Shown here piece after piece: positions 56,055-64,000 of a DNA stretch of 64,000 bases (its first letter is position 1; each line of letters begins with the position of its first letter). The notes beneath the pieces are model-generated. The model was given only the letters and a program-made list of their open reading frames with translations. It had not been told where the DNA came from and searched no databases. The stretch is from Candidatus Omnitrophota bacterium (GTDB taxonomy: Bacteria > Omnitrophota > Gorgyraeia > JAGLLT01). Location of the stretch: the NCBI GenBank assembly GCA_030632085.1, contig DAOVJY010000001.1, positions 335,402 to 399,401 of the forward strand. The letters are read 5' to 3'. The translations under genes were made by a program, and so were the position numbers.

Positions 56055-57143
56055 TTAATTACTTAGCCCTTTTACAATAAACAAAAACAGGGTTATTGAG
56101 CTATTATGAATAATGTGTATGGTAATGCTGGATAACAAACTGCCGCTTTTTTCATATATATAAGCTAACAAAATTCCTAAAAAGAAAATTGGCAAAAAGC
56201 CTACAAAAGTCATATGCAATAAAGAAAAAAGCGCGGAACTTACAAGAATGCTTAAAAATGTACCTATCTTTTTTCTTAAAGCCGGATACAAAAAACCCCT
56301 AAAAAATAACTCTTCGATAATGGGGCCAACGAGGCAAATACAAAGCACAAAATAAAAAAGAAGCCAGGGCCTGCCTTCAATTGAAAAAACATTCAAAAGA
56401 GGATTTTCTTCCGGAGCTATCTTAAAAAAATCCGATAAACCCAAAGATATCAAAAGGGCTATAAAAAGGAAAGGTAAATAGCTAATATATGAAGCCAATC
56501 CCAATAAAGCGCTCCGAATAAAGCTTTTTATATTTATACCAAGTGACTTAAAGAAAGATTGTTTGTATTTAAAGGTGATAAAATAAATCAAAAGCAAAGC
56601 TATAATAGAATAGGATAAAGTAAATCCCAAAGCCATACCTTCAAAACTATCTAAAATAATAATGGTATCTTGTGACCTTAAGAAAAAACGAATTAATAAA
56701 CAAAATGAGCCGCTCGCGAAAAATAAACGGATGATGGCCAAGAAAGAAAAATAAAGGATTACAGCTCTTACGACATCAGCCAGGCTCCAGAGCTTCTCCT
56801 TTGAATCACCCAGACGCGGGACAATATCTCTTTTCCTCGATCGAAAGACAAAATAAATAACGTCTAAAACAATACCACCGACAAAACCCAGAACTATTAA
56901 AAAGGTAATTCCAAAAAGCCCCCAGGCATAGATATTACCCTCGAGAATTAAATCTTTCACCGCTTCTTCACTGGGAAATTCATCCTTCCATTCAACTACC
57001 TGTCCGCCCTCAAAAATAATACCGGGCGAATTCGTAAGCCAAGCTGAATTAATTAAATAATTAAAAGCTATAAGAAGGATTATCAGGATAAGATATAATT
57101 TATTATGTCTAAAAAAAGATATACGAGTGTCTTTAGTATGCAT
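56055..57143 (-). CDS. CPBP (CAAX/Abi) intramembrane glutamic protease
   Basis: EELFFRG, FSLLH, H..HN motifs; multiple TM segments. Confidence 0.9.
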   Translation of the reverse strand: MHTKDTRISFFRHNKLYLILIILLIAFNYLINSAWLTNSPGIIFEGGQVVEWKDEFPSEEAVKDLILEGNIYAWGLFGITFLIVLGFVGGIVLDVIYFVFRSRKRDIVPRLGDSKEKLWSLADVVRAVILYFSFLAIIRLFFASGSFCLLIRFFLRSQDTIIILDSFEGMALGFTLSYSIIALLLIYFITFKYKQSFFKSLGINIKSFIRSALLGLASYISYLPFLFIALLISLGLSDFFKIAPEENPLLNVFSIEGRPWLLFYFVLCICLVGPIIEELFFRGFLYPALRKKIGTFLSILVSSALFSLLHMTFVGFLPIFFLGILLAYIYEKSGSLLSSITIHIIHNSSITLFLFIVKGLSN

Positions 57144-58684
57144 TATTCTTTCTTTATTCTGGGAAATAAAGGGTCTGCTTTGGATATATTTTTGTCAACT
57201 TCCAACTTGCCCCACTTAAATAATTCATCAAATCCATCATCGCTTAAATGGTCTTTGAGGCCTAATTGACTTAACATCTCATCAGCTGTTTTAGGAATAA
57301 AACTGGATACAGCAACGGAAACTATTCTTAATACTTCTAAAAGGTTATAGATAACGGTTTTCAGGCTTTGCTCATCTGTCTTTTTCAACTGCCAGGGTTT
57401 TGAGTCTTCAATATACTTATTGGCTTTATTAATCAAGCCCCAAATTAAATCTAAGGCCCCATTCAGATCCAACAAACTCATAGCTTGAGTTAATTTATCA
57501 GCCAAGCCACTGGCTTCAACTACTAAGGCATCATTTTTATAGGTATTGTCTTCAGGCTCGGGAATTACCCCATCAAAATACTTTTCAACCATAGTTAAGC
57601 TTCTATTTAATAAATTACCTAAATCGTTTGCCAAATCGCTATTATAACGCTGAATAAATGAATCTTGGGAAAAATCTCCGTCCTGGCCGAAAACTATGCC
57701 TTTCAAAAGAAAAAGTCTTATAGGGTCAGCTTTGAATTCTTTTGTAAGTGGTATAGGATCAACTATATTTCCCAGGCTTTTACTGATTTTCTTGCCTTCG
57801 GCTGTCAGGTAACCGTGGACATAAACTTTTTTCGGTAATTCAATTTCAATAGATAAAAGCATCGCCGGCCAGATAACGGAATGAAACCAATTAATACCCT
57901 TTCCAACAAGATGCAGGTCAGCCGGCCAGTAAGTTTTGAATTTATCACCCTTTGGATAATCCAGGGCTGAAATATAATTAATCAGGGCATCAACCCACAC
58001 ATATATTTTATGTTCTTTATCAAAAGGCATGGATATGCCCCAATCAATATCTTTTCTACTAACGCTTAAATCATTCAGCCCCTCTTTGACCCTGTTAATC
58101 ATCTCGTTTCTTCTGGTCTCGGGTGCCACCAGGTTAGTTTCTAAAAGCGCGAGTATTTTATCTTGATATTTGCTTAATTTAAAAAAGTAACTTTCCTCAC
58201 AGATAACTTCCGGCTTGGCGTTATGTTCAGGGCATTTACCATCTACAAGTTCCTTTTCGGTAATAAAAGCTTCGCACCCCTGGCAATAGAGGCCTTCATA
58301 CTGCCCTTTGTAGATATCGCCTTTATCAAACATTTTCTGAAGAATGAGTTGAGAAATCTTAGCATGTCTTTCTTCGGTTGTTCTAATAAAATAATCATAA
58401 GAAATATTCAGAGTTTCACACAGCTCAATAAACTTCTGAGAATTTTGCTTCACAAAAGCCGCCACATCCACACTTGCTTCCTTGGCGGCAGCAACATTCT
58501 TCTGGGCATTTTCATCAGTACCGGTTAAGAAAAAAACATCCTCGCCCTTTAGCCTGTGCCAACGGGCAATAACATCCGCGCAGACCTTCTCATAAGCATG
58601 TCCTATATGAGGAGCCGCGTTAGCATAATCAATTGCGGTAGTTATATAATATTTATTGTTCTTTTTGTTGCTCTTTTTGATCAT
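57143..58684 (-). CDS. metG: Methionine--tRNA ligase (short form)
   Basis: YANAAPHIGH, GTDE, YVWVDAL, KISKSLGN, LFPR. Confidence 0.96.
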   Translation of the reverse strand: MIKKSNKKNNKYYITTAIDYANAAPHIGHAYEKVCADVIARWHRLKGEDVFFLTGTDENAQKNVAAAKEASVDVAAFVKQNSQKFIELCETLNISYDYFIRTTEERHAKISQLILQKMFDKGDIYKGQYEGLYCQGCEAFITEKELVDGKCPEHNAKPEVICEESYFFKLSKYQDKILALLETNLVAPETRRNEMINRVKEGLNDLSVSRKDIDWGISMPFDKEHKIYVWVDALINYISALDYPKGDKFKTYWPADLHLVGKGINWFHSVIWPAMLLSIEIELPKKVYVHGYLTAEGKKISKSLGNIVDPIPLTKEFKADPIRLFLLKGIVFGQDGDFSQDSFIQRYNSDLANDLGNLLNRSLTMVEKYFDGVIPEPEDNTYKNDALVVEASGLADKLTQAMSLLDLNGALDLIWGLINKANKYIEDSKPWQLKKTDEQSLKTVIYNLLEVLRIVSVAVSSFIPKTADEMLSQLGLKDHLSDDGFDELFKWGKLEVDKNISKADPLFPRIKKE

Positions 58685-59462
58685 CGTATTTTACCTGGAT
58701 AATTTTATTATCTTCAAGCTCAACTGAAACTAATCTGTTTAGTACGTCAAGATTGACAACCGTGCCCTTACCCGAAGGAGTTTTAATAATCTGACCCTCC
58801 TTGGGTAACTCTTTTAACGCTTTCTTATACATTTTATATTCGAAACTCAGGCAGCACATCAGCCTACCACACAAACCGGATATCTTTGAAGAAGCTAGCG
58901 GCAGCCTTTGGTCTTTGGCCATCCTGATGGTTACCGGCTCAAAGTTCTTTAAAAAACCGGCGCAGCACAAGGGCCTCCCGCAAGGGCCAAGCCCACCTAA
59001 AAATTTAGCTTCATCTCTAACCCCTATCTGCTTAAGTTCAATGCGTGCCTTAAAAACCGCGGCTAAATCCTTAACTAAATTTCTAAAATCTACCCTACCT
59101 TCGGCTGTAAAATAGAATATTATTTTTGAGCGGTCAAACGAATACTCAACATCAATGAGTTTCATGGGAAGTTTATGTTCTTCGATTTTCTTTACAGCCG
59201 TCTTAAGAGCCCCCTTGGCCTTTTTTTCATTTTCTTTTATCTGGCGAATATCATGAGCCGTAGCCAATCTTATTATATTTCTTAAGACATCCTCAGCTTC
59301 AACATCCATTGTCTTTTCAATTTCTGAAATCACCTGCCCGTATTCCAAACCTCTGTCAGCTTCAACAATAACATAATCTCCGATGTTAAGTTTTAACTGG
59401 CCAAGATCATAATAGGCAACTTTACCAGCCTCCCTTATTTTTACCTGAACAACTTCATGCAT
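58653..59462 (-). CDS. ricT: PSP1/RicT (YaaT) family protein
   Basis: FYFTAEGRVDFR.LV, RIELKQIGVRDEA, CGR.LCC, CGRLMCCL. Confidence 0.92.
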   Translation of the reverse strand: MHEVVQVKIREAGKVAYYDLGQLKLNIGDYVIVEADRGLEYGQVISEIEKTMDVEAEDVLRNIIRLATAHDIRQIKENEKKAKGALKTAVKKIEEHKLPMKLIDVEYSFDRSKIIFYFTAEGRVDFRNLVKDLAAVFKARIELKQIGVRDEAKFLGGLGPCGRPLCCAGFLKNFEPVTIRMAKDQRLPLASSKISGLCGRLMCCLSFEYKMYKKALKELPKEGQIIKTPSGKGTVVNLDVLNRLVSVELEDNKIIQVKYDDQKEQQKEQ

Positions 59463-59472
59463 CTATATAACC

Positions 59473-60339
59473 TCAACTTTCCATCATCTCTTTAAAGGAT
59501 TGGGCTGTGTCGAGCTGGCACAATCTTAAATTAACGTTAGCCATAGAATAACGGTACATCTTATCGATAGTTTCTATAGCCACAGTGATTTTTTTAGCAT
59601 TTAGCTTGCTGATATATTCTAAAAATCCTTGATTCATATCTGTCAAAAATAGGCTCTTATCATCTATATTATTTTTTAAATAAGCCGCATCTCTAAAAAA
59701 ACAATAAAGTATTTTTAATGTTTCACGATAAGCATTTTTATCTTCAAAATTAAAGTAATCGAGGTAATTGTTATCTTTAACTTTAATGAATCCTTCAATA
59801 ACCCCGCTACCCTCTTTTATTGCCAAATTACCTTTTTCCGCGAGTCTCCGGTCGTTTAACCTGATAATCTTGCACCTGGATATAATTGTATCTAAAAGTC
59901 CAACGGCCTCATTACATAAAAGAAATATAATTGTATCTAAAGGAGGCTCTTCCAAAGTTTTTAAGAAAGCGTTCTGAGCCGCCTCATTCATCCTGTAGGC
60001 CTCATTAATTATAATCACTTTTTTTTTGGCCTCATAAGGTTTTAAGTTAACCTTAGAAGAAATATTCCTAATAGAATCAATTTTAATGGCCACCGTTTTA
60101 TTTTCCGCTTCAAGCCAAACAACATCCGGATGTGATAATTTTTTTACACGCTCAATGCTATCAGACTTGAGATTTGAATCATCTATTAACTCAGCGGCAA
60201 TTTCTAAAACCGTTTCTCTAGCATAATCCTCACTAGGACACAAAACTAAATACGCGGCTGATAATCTGTCGCGCTTATTTAAAAACCCAAAAAATTCCCC
60301 GGCCTTTTTTCTATCAAACAATTCACTGGAGGATTTCAT
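59473..60339 (-). CDS. holB: DNA polymerase III delta' subunit
   Basis: HPDV, I.IDSIR, AQNAFLKTLEEPP, TI.SRC; tmk-holB-ricT-metG synteny. Confidence 0.85.
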   Translation of the reverse strand: MKSSSELFDRKKAGEFFGFLNKRDRLSAAYLVLCPSEDYARETVLEIAAELIDDSNLKSDSIERVKKLSHPDVVWLEAENKTVAIKIDSIRNISSKVNLKPYEAKKKVIIINEAYRMNEAAQNAFLKTLEEPPLDTIIFLLCNEAVGLLDTIISRCKIIRLNDRRLAEKGNLAIKEGSGVIEGFIKVKDNNYLDYFNFEDKNAYRETLKILYCFFRDAAYLKNNIDDKSLFLTDMNQGFLEYISKLNAKKITVAIETIDKMYRYSMANVNLRLCQLDTAQSFKEMMES

Positions 60340-60955
60340 TTACCTTCTCTCTAATCCTAAGCTGGACTTCATCCATCTCACCGACAGAAGATATCACTTT
60401 TATTCTCTCTGGGTATTTTTTAGCTAGCCTTAGATATCCTTGCCTGACTTTATCATGGAATTCAGCACCTTTTTTTTCAATGCGATCAGCCGGACGCAAA
60501 GAAGCCGCTCTTTTAAGCCCCAACCTAACATCAACATCAAGCAGGATGGTTAGGTCGGGGCCTACATTCATTTCATTTATAAAATTATTAAATCCCGTCA
60601 TAATGAACTCGGGGCATTTACCGGCATAGACCTGATAGGCCATAGTAGCATCGTTAAATCTATCGCAGATAACAATTTTATTATCTTCTAAGAAAGGGGT
60701 AATCTTTTCCTGAATGAGTTGAAAGCGGGCCGCCAGATAGAGATAGAGCTCACAAACATTAGCCATATCACCCAAAGCTGTATCTAAAAGAATCTGTCTG
60801 ATTTTTTCACCTATTTGAGTGCTGCCGGGTTCTCTTAGAACCTCAGCCTTTAGGCCTTTTTCTTTTAGATATTCAACCAAAAGCTTTATATGAGTACTTT
60901 TACCACTGCCTTCAGGGCCTTCAAAAGTTATAAATTTTCCTCGCTTATCTTGCAT
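60323..60955 (-). CDS. tmk: Thymidylate kinase
   Basis: FITFEGPEGSGKST, REPG, CDRF, DRIE; start set to 60955 (track 60988). Confidence 0.93.
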   Translation of the reverse strand: MQDKRGKFITFEGPEGSGKSTHIKLLVEYLKEKGLKAEVLREPGSTQIGEKIRQILLDTALGDMANVCELYLYLAARFQLIQEKITPFLEDNKIVICDRFNDATMAYQVYAGKCPEFIMTGFNNFINEMNVGPDLTILLDVDVRLGLKRAASLRPADRIEKKGAEFHDKVRQGYLRLAKKYPERIKVISSVGEMDEVQLRIREKVNEILQ

Positions 60956-61035
60956 ATCTATTAATTCTATCAAAGACTTAGGTTGCATTCAAGTAAAATA
61001 TAGGGATAAAGCAGTAAGTGGCCGGTAGAGCCTGT

Positions 61036-62232
61036 CTAGCCTTTCAAACCCTGCATCTTAATTCCCTCAACAAAGAATCTCTGGGTGAAGACAAACATTA
61101 TAACCAAGGGGATTATAGCCATAAAAGCACCTGCCATTAAAAGTTCATACTGGGTGCCGAAACCTGTATCCTGAAAATATGCTAAACCTACAGGCAGGGT
61201 TTTCATACTGACACTGTTAGTTACAATTAAAGGCCACATAAAACTCATCCAAGAGCCTAAAAGAGTAAAAACAGTCAGGGTCGCCAACGCGGGCTTACTT
61301 AAAGGAAGGATTATATTCCAGAAAATTCTTAAAAAATTGCAGCCATCTATTTTAGCGGCATCCTCTAAATCGACTGGAATTGTCATAAAAAACTGCCTCA
61401 ACATAAATGTACCATACGCGCTAAACATACCGGGTATAATAAGGGCCCTAAAGGTATCAACCCAGTTGAGCCAGTTCATAAGAATATAGACAGGTACCAA
61501 AACTACAGCATAAGGAATCATCATAGTTGCCAGATATCCTAAAAACAGCTTATCCCTGCCTGGAAAATTAAGCCTGGAGAATGAATAAGCCGCCATAGCA
61601 CTGGTCAGAACTTGACCAAAGGTAATAAGCACTGATACAATAAAGCTGTTCCAGTAGAAACGCAAAAAGGGCATAACCTCTATGACCTTGCTATAATTTT
61701 TCCATACCGGCCTAACGCCTTTAAACACTTTATCAACTGAAACTTCTTTAGTTCTAAAATTAGTAACACCGTCTTTAACAAATAAGATATCAAGCGTAGC
61801 CACACCACTTAAGATTTCAACTTCATCCCAGCGGGGAAACTTCTTATTCTTTGAAGTGTTAACTAAATTAACTTTATCCCAGGGAGTCCACCAGCGACGC
61901 CATTCGACATCTATGTTTCCCTTGGGTACGGTACTTTTAGTACCTTTTAAAGCACCGCTTATATACTTAATTTCGTACACTTCATTAATAACATTAACTT
62001 CTACTTTATTACCATCTTCAATAATATAATTATAATCCGGAATCCACTTAGGCGGATAAACAAATACATCAGCCGGATTCTTAAGCGATGTTGAAATCAT
62101 CCAGAGAAGAGGCACTATCATAAAACAGGCAACCAAGGTCAACAATATATAATAACCCACACTAACCTTTTCGCCGGGCTTTTTTCTGTTTAATACCTTT
62201 ATTTTACTGAGGTCTACTTTATTATCACTCAT
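61036..62232 (-). CDS. Carbohydrate ABC transporter permease (MalG-like) with a large inserted loop
   Basis: LEDAAKIDG EAA motif, LPLSKPA, TLPVGL, QRFFVEGI. Confidence 0.92.
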   Translation of the reverse strand: MSDNKVDLSKIKVLNRKKPGEKVSVGYYILLTLVACFMIVPLLWMISTSLKNPADVFVYPPKWIPDYNYIIEDGNKVEVNVINEVYEIKYISGALKGTKSTVPKGNIDVEWRRWWTPWDKVNLVNTSKNKKFPRWDEVEILSGVATLDILFVKDGVTNFRTKEVSVDKVFKGVRPVWKNYSKVIEVMPFLRFYWNSFIVSVLITFGQVLTSAMAAYSFSRLNFPGRDKLFLGYLATMMIPYAVVLVPVYILMNWLNWVDTFRALIIPGMFSAYGTFMLRQFFMTIPVDLEDAAKIDGCNFLRIFWNIILPLSKPALATLTVFTLLGSWMSFMWPLIVTNSVSMKTLPVGLAYFQDTGFGTQYELLMAGAFMAIIPLVIMFVFTQRFFVEGIKMQGLKG

Positions 62233-62248
62233 TTATAACACCTGTATT

Positions 62249-63211
62249 TTAAGTATAATGGACTAACTTCCCGCCATATCTCCAGTTTATTAATGTAGCT
62301 CCAAATATTAGCACAAACATAAACCAGGCTAAACAGCAAGCATATCCAAAGTTATGCCATGTAAAGAAATTGTCGAATATGTAATACATTAAAGTCGTAC
62401 TGGCGCCATGAGGGCCACCCTTGGCAAAAATATAAGCGAACATAAAACCACCCTGAAAACCACCGATAACACTCATAACCGCGATAAAAAAAGTTGTTGG
62501 TGAAATCATGGGCCAGGTTACCGCCCAGAATTTCTGGAGATTGCTCGCTCCATCTATATCCGCGGCCTCATAAAGCTCTTTAGGTATGTTCTGCAAGGCG
62601 GCTAAATATAAAATCATATTAGTGCCGCCGAGATATGTCCAGGTACTGGCTATAATCATTGATGGCTTAATCCACTCAGCGCTCAACCAGTGTACACCTT
62701 CTAAGTTAAGATTAAATAGATCACCTAAATTTCGTATGAAGGTATTTATGATACCGTAATCATAATTATAAATCCAAAGCCACAAAAGAGCAACGGCAAC
62801 CGTCTGACACATAGTCGGCAGGAAAAAAATAGTCCTAAAAACAACAATTCCTTTTTGCTTTTTATTTAGAAGTATAGCTAAAATTAACGCGCCTGCCATG
62901 GCGAAAGGAATACCTACCATTAAAAATATAGTATTCCAGAGATACTTCCAGAATAGGGGATCATTGGCAATAATAGCCCCAGCCTCTCTATGAAAACCTA
63001 AAAGCTCTATAAAATTCTCCAAGCCCACAAAGCTTACATTGGGAGGCCAACTCAAAGATAAACCTTGATATTCAAAAAAACTCAATAAAAGGGATGTAAA
63101 TACGGGGAGTAGAGTAAATACTAAAAAACCTATGAGGTTAGGTAAGAGAAATAAATACGCGAATAAAACCTCAATCTTTTTTTTATTTGTATGTGGTTTT
63201 TTTTGTTTCAT
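62249..63211 (-). CDS. Carbohydrate ABC transporter permease (MalF-like)
   Basis: FVGLENF, FRTIFFLP, LYEAADIDGA, TWPMISPT. Confidence 0.93.
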   Translation of the reverse strand: MKQKKPHTNKKKIEVLFAYLFLLPNLIGFLVFTLLPVFTSLLLSFFEYQGLSLSWPPNVSFVGLENFIELLGFHREAGAIIANDPLFWKYLWNTIFLMVGIPFAMAGALILAILLNKKQKGIVVFRTIFFLPTMCQTVAVALLWLWIYNYDYGIINTFIRNLGDLFNLNLEGVHWLSAEWIKPSMIIASTWTYLGGTNMILYLAALQNIPKELYEAADIDGASNLQKFWAVTWPMISPTTFFIAVMSVIGGFQGGFMFAYIFAKGGPHGASTTLMYYIFDNFFTWHNFGYACCLAWFMFVLIFGATLINWRYGGKLVHYT

Positions 63212-63260
63212 AGCTTTCTGATAGTATTATAAAATAAATAATGAACTTATACAAGAATAA

Positions 63261-63289
63261 AAAAGCGCCTCAAAAAATGAGGCGCTTTT
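63261..63289. terminator. Intrinsic (bidirectional-type) terminator after rplQ
   Basis: AAAAGCGCCTCA-AAAAA-TGAGGCGCTTTT perfect 12-bp stem. Confidence 0.85.
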
Positions 63290-63297
63290 AGGTAGAA

Positions 63298-63903
63298 TTA
63301 TTCCTTATTTCCTTTTTTTAGATAGCTTCTTAAATTCTTTAAAAAGCCTTTATCTTTCTGCTCGGCATCCTTTTTAGTTGCCTTTGGAGCAGCTTTTTTA
63401 GTCTTTTTAGAAACCGTTCCCTTTGCTTCCGGTTTCCGCGTTGTCTTCTTTTCTTCTTTGACGGACTTTACCGCTTCTTCTTTAACATTAGAAGCTTTTT
63501 CCTTGATTTTCTTAGCTGCAGCTTTTTTAGTTTTAGTTTTTTTCGGTTTTAGATCCACCAGGCTTAAAATAGCCATTTTAGCGCCATCGCCCGGCCTTGT
63601 ATCCAAACGCGTGATACGGGTATAACCACCTGTTCTATTCTTAAATCTGGGACCAATTTCTTTAAAGAGCAAAGAAGTCAGCTTATGATCCTGAAGCACC
63701 TTATAAACAGCTCTTTTATTAGCAAGGCTATCTTCCTTCATAAGAGTAATGATTTTCTCCGCTACCTTTCGCGTTTCTTTAGCTTTAATAATAGTTGTGG
63801 TTATGGTTTCATTAATCAGCAAATTTCTGACCATGTTGTTTAACATGGCTTTTCGATGAGCTGTTGTTCTTCCGAGTTTTCTTTTATTTTTTTTATGCCT
63901 CAT
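63298..63903 (-). CDS. rplQ: 50S ribosomal protein L17 with Lys-rich C-terminal extension
   Basis: MRH...RKLGRT.AHRKAM, I.TT..KAKE, R.GGYTRI, R.GD.A. Confidence 0.96.
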   Translation of the reverse strand: MRHKKNKRKLGRTTAHRKAMLNNMVRNLLINETITTTIIKAKETRKVAEKIITLMKEDSLANKRAVYKVLQDHKLTSLLFKEIGPRFKNRTGGYTRITRLDTRPGDGAKMAILSLVDLKPKKTKTKKAAAKKIKEKASNVKEEAVKSVKEEKKTTRKPEAKGTVSKKTKKAAPKATKKDAEQKDKGFLKNLRSYLKKGNKE

Positions 63904-63920
63904 TATTATTCATCCTGATC

Positions 63921-64000
63921 TTATTTATTTTCCTTTAACATTTCTTCAACTTTCATGCCGAAGTAAAGACCCATAGTGTCAAGTATTTCTTTAATTTCCG
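63921..64000 (-). CDS. rpoA: RNA polymerase alpha subunit, 3' end (partial)
   Basis: Manual translation EIKEILDTMGLYFGMKVEEMLKENK* directly upstream of rplQ. Confidence 0.8.
   Translation of the reverse strand, partial: EIKEILDTMGLYFGMKVEEMLKENK

Noticed and set aside
719-59977. Numerous short antisense ORFs in the six-frame track
   Set aside because: They are shadows of well-supported genes on the opposite strand and have no motifs of their own.
1-64000. Alternative genetic code or prophage
   Set aside because: TGA acts as a normal stop in conserved genes, and no phage structural, terminase or replication genes are present.

Overview
AT-rich bacterial chromosome segment with almost all genes on the minus strand. 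Gene content (Kdo transferase, GlnRS next to GluRS, a Vor-type 2-oxoacid:ferredoxin oxidoreductase, a large GH144-like/TPR protein) suggests an anaerobic diderm, possibly Omnitrophota/PVC; this is an inference. Most of the window is housekeeping: glnS/gltX, vor, nadK-dxs-xseBA-ymdB-rny, waaA-xerC-topA-dprA-aro, ilv/leu, alr-tsaBE-thiL, metG-ricT-holB-tmk, sugar ABC permeases, rplQ/rpoA and three tRNAs. There are two accessory regions. (1) 1-3250, downstream of tRNA-Glu: an MqsR/MqsA-Panacea toxin-antitoxin pair, then an integrase-less array of three attC-like sites framing a 69-aa gene and a DUF2971 gene, clipped on both sides by solo ends of HUH (RAYT-like) elements. (2) 41.2-52.5 kb: a signal-peptide Rhs/YD gene whose tip is cut by an IS481 remnant, followed by secreted and membrane orphan genes and nested RAYT-like transposase elements with 26-bp terminal inverted repeats and stuttered ends. 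Smaller oddities: heptamer-repeat palindromes, a 30-bp palindrome inserted in frame in a Macro-Nudix gene, an 85-bp promoter/RBS duplication and a cutA relic.
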